Shown here in pieces: positions 29,146 through 38,300 of a stretch of DNA of 64,000 nucleotides. Source of the DNA: Candidatus Altimarinota bacterium. Lineage in GTDB: Bacteria; Patescibacteriota; Gracilibacteria; UBA1369. Position 1 is the first letter of the stretch. Each line of letters begins with the position of its first letter. The stretch covers positions 476,482-540,481 of the forward strand of contig OY782391.1 in assembly GCA_963677745.1 (NCBI GenBank), in the 5' to 3' direction. The notes beneath the pieces are model-generated. The model did not search any database and was not told the origin of the DNA. It was given only the letters and a program-made list of their open reading frames with translations. Both the position numbers and the translations under genes were made by a program.

Positions 29146-29715
29146 ATGGAACTTCTAATAGTCTTAGCCGTAGTAGTAGTCCTGGGTGGACTGGTAATCG
29201 GAGTCTATAACGGACTCATCCAGCTGAAAAACAAAGTTGATGAGGGCTGGGCCGACATCGAAACACAATTAAAACGCCGCTACGACCTGATCCCCAATAT
29301 GGTGGAAACCGTCAAAGGTTATGCCAAACATGAAAGCAAGACCCTGGAGGCGGTTACACAGGCCCGCAACATGGCAATGTCCGCCAACACCCCGGAAGAA
29401 AAGATAAAAGCTGAAAACGCCCTGACCGGAACCTTGAAAACTTTGTTCGCAGTTGCTGAAAACTATCCTGAACTCAAAGCCAACCAGAATTTCATGGATC
29501 TGCAGGCAACCCTCAAGGAAGTAGAAGAAAAATTGCAACTTTCCCGCCGCTATTACAACGCCACCGTCCGCGACTTCAATACCAAAGTGGAAATTTTTCC
29601 CAACAATCTGATTGCCGGCATCTTCAAATTCACACGCCGCCAGTTCTTTGAGATAGAAAATCCCGAAGAACGGCAGAACGTCAAAGTCTCCTTCAGCGAC
29701 GAACCGAAAAAATAA
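29146..29715 (+). CDS. lemA: LemA family membrane protein
   Basis: An N-terminal TM segment is followed by YNGLIQLKNKVDEGWADIETQLKRRYDLIPN.VETVKGYA.HE...L..V..AR, typical of LemA. The track ORF starts at a TTG at 29107. Confidence 0.85.
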   Translation: MELLIVLAVVVVLGGLVIGVYNGLIQLKNKVDEGWADIETQLKRRYDLIPNMVETVKGYAKHESKTLEAVTQARNMAMSANTPEEKIKAENALTGTLKTLFAVAENYPELKANQNFMDLQATLKEVEEKLQLSRRYYNATVRDFNTKVEIFPNNLIAGIFKFTRRQFFEIENPEERQNVKVSFSDEPKK

Positions 29716-29724
29716 TCATCATCA

Positions 29725-29754
29725 AGCGCCCCGCCGGCCGGCGGGGCGCTTTTC
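29725..29754. terminator. Perfectly palindromic GC hairpin between lemA and the DUF2207 gene
   Basis: AGCGCCCCGCC ggcc GGCGGGGCGCT forms an 11-bp stem (29725-29750), followed by TTTC. It could be an intra-operon attenuator or terminator. Confidence 0.55.
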
Positions 29755-29784
29755 AAATCAATGGCCCACTTAATCCCCGGCATT

Positions 29785-31587
29785 ATGAAAAAAAACCTCT
29801 TTTCTAAACTGCTGATTTTTTTGGCATTGTTACTCTTGCCGGTACTGGTACAAGCCCAGGACCAAACCGGCGATTTACGGAAAGTGGATTTTACCGGTTA
29901 CAACCTTTACGGATGGGGAATCAGCGACTTCCATGCTGATATTGCCATCAATGCCGACAGCACTTTCCTGGTCAAAGAAACCATCGAGGCCGATTTCACC
30001 AAAGCCGAAGGCACCAGCCGCCACGGAATCATCCGCAATATTCCCATTCATTATCAGGACCGTTATAACCAGAATCTCAACATCCGCTTCAAGCTGCTCA
30101 GCGTCACCGACGAACAGGGCAATCCCTACGAAGTGGAAACGTCATACTGGGGAAATGATGTCGATCTGAAAATCGGTTCAGCCGACGTGCTGGTCGACGG
30201 ACAAATAAAAACTTATATAATTTCCTACGAACTGGAACGGGGGCTGAATCAGTTTGAAGACTATGATGAACTGTTCTGGAATGTTACGGGAAACGGCTGG
30301 GACACGGCAATTGCCAAAGCTTCCGCTACGGTAACCCTGCCCAAAGAAGCCGATCAGAATAAAATGAAAGCCATCTGCTTCACCGGTTTTGGTTACAGCC
30401 GGGAGCAAAATTGCCAGGCACAGGTAATCGACGGCAAAACCTATCAGTTTTCTTCCAGCTCCCTGCTCCCCACCGGAGCGGGACTGACCATTGCCGTCTC
30501 CTTTCCCAAAGGTACGATTAATTTCCCCTCCCCTTTGACCGTCTTCAGCTGGTTTGTGATAGATAATTGGGGCTATCTGATTCCGGTTATCGCTTTTTTT
30601 TTCCTGTATTATCTCTGGTATAAAGACGGCCGGGATCCCCAAGCCACCCATACCGCCATCATGCCGGAATACGATGTCCCGGACAACCTGCGACCGGCGG
30701 AAGTCGGGACACTGCTCGACAACAGTGTTGATATGCGGGATATCACCAGCACCATCATTGATCTGGCCACCCGCGGTTATCTGAAAATCATTGAAAGCAA
30801 AGAGAAAAAACTGTTCGGGGAAACCACCTATTATGAACTGGAAAAAACCACCCCCTCCAAGCCTGAAAAAGAGCCGTTGCAGGATTTTGAACTGAAAATT
30901 TACGACGCGATCTTCGGGACAAAAACCAAGATCAACCTCACCGACCTCAAATATAAATTTTACCAGGACATCCCCGGCATCAAAACCTCGATTTACAACA
31001 GTCTGATCGGTAAAAAATACTACACCTCCAATCCGGAGACAGCCAAGACCTCCTATTTCGGCTGTGGCGGAGGAATGCTTTTTCTGACCTTATTCTTTCT
31101 CGGTTTCCTGGCCGACATCAATCTGCCTCTCTTTTTGGGTCTTTTGATGACAGCTCCGATCATTTTTATTTTCGGCTTTTACATGCCCAAACGTACCCAA
31201 AAAGGAGCCGACACCCAAATCCGCGTACTGGGACTGGAAGAATTTATTAAAACAGCGGAGGAAGACCGCATCAAATTCTACGAAAAAGAAAATATCTTCG
31301 AAAAAGTTTTGCCTTATGCCATTGCTTTCGGACTGGGCGACAAATGGGCCAAAGCCTGCGAAGGACTGTTCAAACAATCTCCCAACTGGTATCAAAGTTC
31401 CGATCCCAATATGCTCACTCACTTCAACACCTATTATTTTCTGCATACACTAAACAGCTTCAACTCCTCCATGTCTTCCAACATGCAGGCGGCCCCCCGC
31501 AGTTCCTCCTCCAGCGGACACAGCGGTTTTAGCGGCGGTGGATTCAGCGGCGGCGGCTTCGGCGGAGGCGGCGGCAGCAGCTGGTAA
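29785..31587 (+). CDS. DUF2207 domain-containing membrane protein
   Basis: Signal peptide MKKNLFSKLLIFLALLLLPVLVQA, a large extracytoplasmic domain, TM segments, and the typical Gly-rich C-terminus SGGGFSGGGFGGGGGSSW. It is the usual neighbour of LemA. The track ORF starts at 29761. Confidence 0.8.
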   Translation: MKKNLFSKLLIFLALLLLPVLVQAQDQTGDLRKVDFTGYNLYGWGISDFHADIAINADSTFLVKETIEADFTKAEGTSRHGIIRNIPIHYQDRYNQNLNIRFKLLSVTDEQGNPYEVETSYWGNDVDLKIGSADVLVDGQIKTYIISYELERGLNQFEDYDELFWNVTGNGWDTAIAKASATVTLPKEADQNKMKAICFTGFGYSREQNCQAQVIDGKTYQFSSSSLLPTGAGLTIAVSFPKGTINFPSPLTVFSWFVIDNWGYLIPVIAFFFLYYLWYKDGRDPQATHTAIMPEYDVPDNLRPAEVGTLLDNSVDMRDITSTIIDLATRGYLKIIESKEKKLFGETTYYELEKTTPSKPEKEPLQDFELKIYDAIFGTKTKINLTDLKYKFYQDIPGIKTSIYNSLIGKKYYTSNPETAKTSYFGCGGGMLFLTLFFLGFLADINLPLFLGLLMTAPIIFIFGFYMPKRTQKGADTQIRVLGLEEFIKTAEEDRIKFYEKENIFEKVLPYAIAFGLGDKWAKACEGLFKQSPNWYQSSDPNMLTHFNTYYFLHTLNSFNSSMSSNMQAAPRSSSSSGHSGFSGGGFSGGGFGGGGGSSW

Positions 31588-31604
31588 CCTCCCGGATCGG
31601 ATTT

Positions 31605-32852
31605 TCAGGTTATTCTGAATCTGCGACGATTCATTAATCTGAGCATCAATGCCGTATAGACTTCCTGTCTCATCCACTCCAAATAATTTTCCTCCATATC
31701 CATATATTCCTGAAAATTCACCTGGTTTTCGACCACCTGAAATGATCTCACCAGCAATTCCGCCTCATTGATCCTCCCTTCATCGGTCAAAGCTTTGATG
31801 GTCATCAGGATTTTTTCAGCAATCAGCGAGCCGGGATGATCTCCTGTTATTTCCAGATCACGATCCTCCTGCCTCTCCTGTCTAAGCACATTGGCACCAG
31901 GCACCGGTCTGTTTTTTTCATAAAAATCAGTGAGACAGTTGCTCTTTAATTCAAGTGTTTTTTCTCCGAATACTTTTGCCGAAACCAAATCATTTTTCTC
32001 CGGATCTTCATCCAGGACTCCCACCAGTTCTTTCTCACCGTCGATAATCTGACGAAAATACTGCGGATAAACTTTGCAGGAATTCAGCATATCCAACAAC
32101 ACTTTTTCGGTTGCCGGATTTTCTTCTCTGTCCAGTCGGGCAACAGCTTCTTTCAGGATGCCGCAGGCCCGAAGTAAAGACAAATAATCCGCTTCCACCA
32201 GTTGCTGATTGGCTTTGACGGGAGACCCCAGAAGATACAATGATTTCTTCAAGCCGTCCAAACGCCAGGCCAGTGCTTCCAGCAGATATCCAACCTCTGT
32301 CCAAAGCTTAAGAGAGATCATTGTCAGCAGAGAATAGTCGGACAAAAGCAGCTGTGCAGTCACCTCTTCGCCGGAAACCTCACCATGATAAACAAACAAA
32401 AGATTTTTCAATGAATTATCCAGTTCTTTCAAAATTTTTCCGGCCACCTCCACCATCTCACTTTCAGTGGCATTATTCACGTCCAGGTTGAAATGGGAGA
32501 GAAAACTTTTTTCCAAAAAATGCCTGGCTGAACTGCGCATTTTCACCTGCTCGACGTTTCTCTCCTCCCCCGGCGCAAAAACATAATCCCTTTCCCTGAT
32601 TTTTTTAATTCTCCAGACCAGCTCGGTCAGCTGATCAAAAGGCACAATCAACTGTGTTTCAAACTTCTTCCAGAGCGGCTCATTCAAAAAACCCGCCACT
32701 CCGTCAATAAACCTCTCCCGGAAACCCTGATCAATCTTTCTTTCCCCCTCCAGCAACGAGCGAAAGAGGGACAAGCTACAGCTTTCATCACCTTCAATAA
32801 TTCTCAGGCCGGAATTCATAGACAAAATAAATAAGACCGTATTAGAACACAA
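31605..32852 (-). CDS. Hypothetical protein (all-helical-looking orphan)
   Basis: The 415-aa ORF starts at a TTG at 32852; an ATG alternative lies at 32819. Composition is native. I recognise no family. Confidence 0.5.
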   Translation of the reverse strand: MCSNTVLFILSMNSGLRIIEGDESCSLSLFRSLLEGERKIDQGFRERFIDGVAGFLNEPLWKKFETQLIVPFDQLTELVWRIKKIRERDYVFAPGEERNVEQVKMRSSARHFLEKSFLSHFNLDVNNATESEMVEVAGKILKELDNSLKNLLFVYHGEVSGEEVTAQLLLSDYSLLTMISLKLWTEVGYLLEALAWRLDGLKKSLYLLGSPVKANQQLVEADYLSLLRACGILKEAVARLDREENPATEKVLLDMLNSCKVYPQYFRQIIDGEKELVGVLDEDPEKNDLVSAKVFGEKTLELKSNCLTDFYEKNRPVPGANVLRQERQEDRDLEITGDHPGSLIAEKILMTIKALTDEGRINEAELLVRSFQVVENQVNFQEYMDMEENYLEWMRQEVYTALMLRLMNRRRFRIT

Positions 32853-32877
32853 ACTAAAAAAATATGCAATATTAGGT

Positions 32878-34878
32878 CTATTTGGAAAGACTCTGATCCT
32901 TCAACATCTCTATTTCATCGCGCAATTCAGCCGCCTTTTCAAACTCAAGATTAAGGGATGCCAACTCCATCTGTTCTTCCAGTTCCCGGATAAACCTGGC
33001 CATTTCGCTTCTTGGCACCTTTTTCGGATCAATTTTGTGTTCCGGACCGGTCTCCTTGTTTCCCCCGCCCATGGCAATGTCTTTAATGGCGCGAATAATG
33101 GTTTCCGGGGTAATACCGTGTTTAACGTTGTAGGCATGTTGAATTTCCCGTCTTCGCTCCGTTTCTCCGATCGCCCCTTTCATTGAATCGGTAATTCTAT
33201 CGGCATACATCACCACCGTACCGTTTATGTTACGGGCACAACGTCCGATAGTCTGAATCAGCGCGCTCTTGGACCGCAGGAAACCTTCTTTGTCCGCATC
33301 CAGAATCCCGATAAAAGACACTTCGGGAAGATCCAGGCCCTCCCTCAGCAGATTTATTCCCACCAGTACATCAAATTTGCCCAACCTCAAATCCCTCAAT
33401 ATTTCGATTCTTTCCAGTGTCTCAATGTCGGAGTGAAGATATTTAACCCTGATACCGGCATCAGTAAGGAAGTCAGTCAGATCCTCTGCCGAACGCTTGG
33501 TCAAAGTAGTAACCAAGGTTCTCTCCTTTACCACAATTCTTTTTTGGATCTCATTGATCAGATCGTCAATTTGCCCTTTGCGCGGCCGAACTTCGACCTT
33601 CGGATCCAGCAGGCCGGTGGGACGGATAATTTGTTCGATTACTTCTTTCCCGCTGTGTTCAAACTCATATTTGGATGGTGTAGCCGATACGTAAACGGTT
33701 TGATTAACCGCCTTTTCAAATTCTTCAAATTTAAGAGGACGATTGTCATGGGAAGATGGCAACCGGAAACCATAATTGATCAAAGTCTCCTTGCGGGAAT
33801 AATTGCCGTTAAACATGCCCCCGATTTGAGGAATACTGATATGTGATTCATCCACAATCATCAAAAAATCATCCGGGAAATAATCTAATAGAGTAGCGGG
33901 CGGCTGGCCTGGTTCCCGGGCATTGAGATAACGGGTATAATTTTCAATTCCCTGACAATATCCGGTCTCCCGCAGTATTTCCATATCATATTCGGTACGG
34001 GTTTTAATTCTTTCCGCTTCCAGAAGCCTTCCCTGTTTGAGAAACTCCTCGCGGCGTATTTCCATATCCTTCAGAATCAGGGAAACAGCCCTCTCAATTT
34101 TCTCCTTGGAAGTAATGTCATGCTTGGCCGGAAAAATTTTCACCGAATCCAATTCGCGGTATTCCTCTCCGGTGAAAGAATCCGCCTCGGTGATTCGCTC
34201 GATCTCATCACCAAAAAACTCTATGCGGAAAATGGTGTCCCTGTCAGGAGGGAAAATTTCCAGAGTGTCGCCGAGCACATGAAACATCCCCTGCTTAAAC
34301 TCCATATGGCTGCGGTTGTACTGAATATCGGTGAGATGACGCAGCAGCTTATCCCGCTTTCTCTCTTCACCTTTTTTCAGCTCAAAAGCAAAAGCGTTGT
34401 AATCCTCCACTGATCCCAACCCGTATATACAGCTGACTGATGCAACTATCAACACATCCCGCCGCGTCAGTAGATGGGTAGTGGCAGCATGTCTGAACTT
34501 GGAAATTTCTTCATTGATGGAGGCATCCTTCTCAATATAGGTGTCGGTAGTGGCAATATAGGCTTCCGGCTGATAATAATCATAATAAGACACAAAATAG
34601 CTGACCGCGTTGTTGGGAAAAAATTCCTTGAATTCACTGCACAATTGGGCGGCCAGAGTTTTATTGTGGGCCAAAACCAACGTGGGCCGCTGTACCTGCT
34701 GTACCACATTGGCCATGGTAAAAGTTTTTCCCGTTCCCGTAGCACCCAGCAAAGTCTGATGTTTTACACCTTTTTTGAGGTTTTTCACCAGTTTTTCTAT
34801 GGCCTGTGGTTGATCCCCTTTTGGCTGATAGGGAAATTTAAGATCAAATCCGGCCGGACTGCCAGGGATTAATGACAT
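32878..34878 (-). CDS. uvrB: Excinuclease ABC subunit B
   Basis: 666 aa. Contains [23 protein letters not shown], the helicase C motifs, and the C-terminal UVR domain ([11 protein letters not shown]). Confidence 0.95.
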   Translation of the reverse strand: MSLIPGSPAGFDLKFPYQPKGDQPQAIEKLVKNLKKGVKHQTLLGATGTGKTFTMANVVQQVQRPTLVLAHNKTLAAQLCSEFKEFFPNNAVSYFVSYYDYYQPEAYIATTDTYIEKDASINEEISKFRHAATTHLLTRRDVLIVASVSCIYGLGSVEDYNAFAFELKKGEERKRDKLLRHLTDIQYNRSHMEFKQGMFHVLGDTLEIFPPDRDTIFRIEFFGDEIERITEADSFTGEEYRELDSVKIFPAKHDITSKEKIERAVSLILKDMEIRREEFLKQGRLLEAERIKTRTEYDMEILRETGYCQGIENYTRYLNAREPGQPPATLLDYFPDDFLMIVDESHISIPQIGGMFNGNYSRKETLINYGFRLPSSHDNRPLKFEEFEKAVNQTVYVSATPSKYEFEHSGKEVIEQIIRPTGLLDPKVEVRPRKGQIDDLINEIQKRIVVKERTLVTTLTKRSAEDLTDFLTDAGIRVKYLHSDIETLERIEILRDLRLGKFDVLVGINLLREGLDLPEVSFIGILDADKEGFLRSKSALIQTIGRCARNINGTVVMYADRITDSMKGAIGETERRREIQHAYNVKHGITPETIIRAIKDIAMGGGNKETGPEHKIDPKKVPRSEMARFIRELEEQMELASLNLEFEKAAELRDEIEMLKDQSLSK

Positions 34879-35263
34879 ATTTTGATGGAAACAGAATTAT
34901 AACAATATATAGACTATTTTCTCGGCGGCTCCAAGCCTTATTTTTGCCCGAAATAGCCTCGACCATTGACAACTTAAGAAAATATTGAAAAATCTTATTT
35001 TAGCTTTACTAATTTCAGTTTTAGTGTATAACTACTCTGGATCGGACTCCCTGGGGAGACCGACCGGATATTTGACATCTTGGCAACAAAACCAAGATAA
35101 ACAGAAGGAAAAATAGTATGTGCGGATTTGGCCAATTAGACCGGCCAGTCCGACAAGGATAAGAAGCCCTGACCAAACGAGTCAGTAAGGCGTTCCCTGT
35201 CTTAACCGACTGGGAGCAAAACCACAACCCTCAACCTTTTTCAAATCTGAGGAGGTGATGCCA

Positions 35264-35371
35264 ATGTGCAACACTGTGGTGAGCCGACGGTATCACCACG
35301 ACATCCGGAGTCTATGCGCTGGCCATCCCGGCAGCGCGGTCACGAAAATACGAGAGGAGAGATTTCCATGA
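35264..35371 (+). CDS. Candidate 35-codon upstream ORF translationally coupled to the giant gene
   Basis: GGAGG at 35251-35255 lies 8 nt before the ATG at 35264. My translation is MCNTVVSRRYHHDIRSLCAGHPGSAVTKIREERFP. Its TGA stop (35369-35371) overlaps the downstream ATG (35368-35370) as ATGA. Confidence 0.3.
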   Translation: MCNTVVSRRYHHDIRSLCAGHPGSAVTKIREERFP

Positions 35372-38300
35372 AATTGAAGAAGCGCGAATGGATGGCAGCG
35401 CTGATGATGGTAGCGCTGACAGGACTGGTCATGACCCAGGCGGGGTGTGAATCGGATCCCCCCACCAGCTGCGACCCGGACAGCCCCTGGTGCAACGACA
35501 ACACGGTGGACCCTGGGACCGGCGGATCGGCCGGCCACCAGAACACCTGCACCTACCCGGAGAAGCAGTGCGGCGGCAACTGCACCAACGTTCTGATCGA
35601 CAACCAGAACTGCGGAAGTTGCAACCTCACCTGCGGAACCGGCACCAACTGCCAGAACGGCGTCTGTGCCTATCAGTGTGTTCCGACCGGGCCCGAGACC
35701 TGCAACGGCAAGGACGACAACTGCGACGGCCACATCGACGAAGAACTCCTGAACCTGTGCGGAAGCTGCGGGGTAGCTCCTGCGGAGTCCTGCAACGGGA
35801 TCGACGACAACTGCAACGGCAGCGTCGACGAGGACTGCGAATGCCAGGGAGACGCGATCAAGCCCTGCGGCAGCAACCTCGGAACGTGCTCCACCGGCGT
35901 GCAGGAATGCATCAACGGCATCTGGAGCCTCTGCTCCGGTGTAGCTCCCGCGGTGGAGACCTGCGACGGGCTGGACAACAACTGCAACGGGCAAGTGGAT
36001 GAGAACCTGCTGAATGCCTGTGGCGGCTGTGGCATCGTCCAAGCCGAGCTCTGCGATGGCCAGGACAACAACTGCGACGGCCACATCGACGAAGGCTATC
36101 TCAATTCCTGCGGCGTGTGTGGACCCTTGCCATCAGAGAGCTGCAACGGCCTCGACGACAACTGCGACGGCATCGTCGACAACGGGCTCCTCAATGCCTG
36201 TGGAAATTGCGGTGCAACTCCGTCCGAGACCTGCAACGGGATCGACGACAACTGCAACGGGCAGGTGGACGAAGGACTCCGCAATCTCTGCGGAACCTGC
36301 GGTCCCCCTCCCGCCGAGATCTGCGACGGCGTCGACAACGACTGCAACGGAACCATCGACCAGGGATGTCCCTGCATGACGGGGCTGACCCAGCCCTGCG
36401 GTAAGGATCTGGGAGTCTGTACCTCGGGTACCCAGACCTGCGTCGGAGGAACCTGGGGAACGTGCTCCGGTACGCCCCCTGCTGTCGAAGTCTGCGACGA
36501 CGTGGACAACAACTGCGACGGGAATGTCGACGAAGGGCTGAAGAATGCCTGTGGAGGCTGTGGCCCGACTCCCGTCGAAGTCTGCAACGGCGCGGACGAC
36601 AACTGCAATGGCATCGCGGACGAAGGTCTGCTCAACCAGTGCGGCAACTGCGGGCCTCTGCCCGCCGAAGTCTGCAACGGCGCGGACGACAACTGCGACG
36701 GCATCATCGACAACGGATTGTTGAACCGCTGCGGCAACTGCGGGCCCCTGCCCGTGGAAACCTGCGACGGGAACGACAACGACTGTGACGGAATCGTGGA
36801 CAACGGCCTCCGCAACCTCTGCGGGAACTGCGGTCCCTCCGATCCTGACCTGTGCGATGGCGTCGACAATGACTGCGACGGCACTGTGGACCCGGGATGC
36901 CCCTGCATCACCGGTTTGACTGAGCCCTGCGGCAAAGATCTGGGAGTCTGTACCTCGGGTACCCAGACCTGCGTCGGAGGAACCTGGGGAACGTGCTCCG
37001 GTACGCCCCCTGCTGTCGAAGTCTGCGACGGAGTGGATAACAACTGCGACGGGAATGTCGACGAAGGGCTGAAGAATGCCTGTGGAGGCTGTGGCCCGAC
37101 CCCCGTCGAGATCTGTGATGGTGTCGACAACAACTGCAATGGCATCGCGGACGAAGGTCTGCTCAACCAGTGCGGCAACTGCGGCCCCCTGCCCGCCGAG
37201 ATCTGTGACGGGGTCGACAACAACTGCAACGGCATCATCGATGACAACCTTCGCAACCGCTGCGGCAACTGCGGGCCCCTGCCCGCCGAAGTCTGCGACG
37301 GCGTCGACAACGACTGCGATGGAACCATCGACAACGGATGTGGCTGCCAGACCGGAGCCACCATGCCCTGCGGCAAGAACCTGGGCACCTGCACCACCGG
37401 CCAGCAAGCCTGTGTGGCAGGACAGTGGACCCTTTGCTCCGGCACACCCCCCGCTGTCGAAGTCTGCGACGGCGTGGACAACAACTGCGACGGAAATGCC
37501 GACGAAGGCGTGAAGAACGCCTGCGGCGGGTGCGGCCCGACCCCCGCCGAGATCTGTGACGGGGTCGACAACAACTGCAACGGCATCATCGATGACAACC
37601 TTCGCAACCGCTGCGGCCTCTGCGGGCCCCTGCCCGCCGAAGTCTGCGACGGCGTCGACAACGACTGCGATGGAACCATCGACAACGGATGTGGCTGCCA
37701 GACCGGAGCCACCATGCCCTGCGGCAAGAACCTGGGCGCCTGCACCACCGGCCAGCAAACGTGTGTGGCAGGACAATGGTCACTCTGCAGCGGCGTCGAA
37801 GCGGTCTCCGAGACCTGCAACGGCGTCGATGACGACTGCGACGGTGACGTGGACGAAGGTCTGCGTAACCGCTGCGGCAACTGCGGAGCATTGCCGGCCG
37901 ATGTGTGCGACGGCGTCGACAACGACTGCGACGGCACCATCGACAACAACTGCCCCTGTCAGACGGGGGCATCCAAACCCTGCGGAACCGACACCGGTAT
38001 CTGCACAACCGGGACGCAGAATTGCGTTGCCGGACAATGGGGACTCTGCTCGGGCGTCGCGCCTGGAGTGGAGACCTGCGACGGACAAGACAACAATTGC
38101 AACGGGCTGAGCGACGAATACTTGCTCAATGCCTGCGGCAACTGCGGTCCGGTCCCCGCCGAAACCTGCAACGGCATCGACGACAACTGCAACGGGCAGA
38201 TCGACGAAGGCCTGCGCAACGCCTGCGGCAACTGCGGCCCCGCCCCGGCCGAGCTCTGCGACGGCGTGGACAACAACTGCGATGGAACCATCGACAACGG

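Noticed and set aside
35129-35185. GTCCGACAAGGATAAGAAGCC resembles the SRP RNA domain IV sequence GUCCGGAAGGAAGCAGCC.
   Set aside because: The loop is not a GNRA tetraloop. The flanking 5' and 3' arms do not form the long closing helix of a 4.5S RNA, since the reverse complement of the 5' arm is absent downstream.
35266-35367. An in-frame GTG start at 35266 that would give a 1337-aa version of the giant protein.
   Set aside because: It would bury the signal peptide (MKLKKREW...QAGC) 34 residues inside the protein. The ATG at 35368 has a good GAGAGGAGAG ribosome-binding site at a spacing of 6 nt.
36406-37766. A diversity-generating retroelement (template/variable repeat pair) as the explanation for the near-identical copies.
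   Set aside because: Differences between the copies are not confined to adenine positions (for example aa to ct, a to g, c to t). There is no reverse transcriptase gene in the window.
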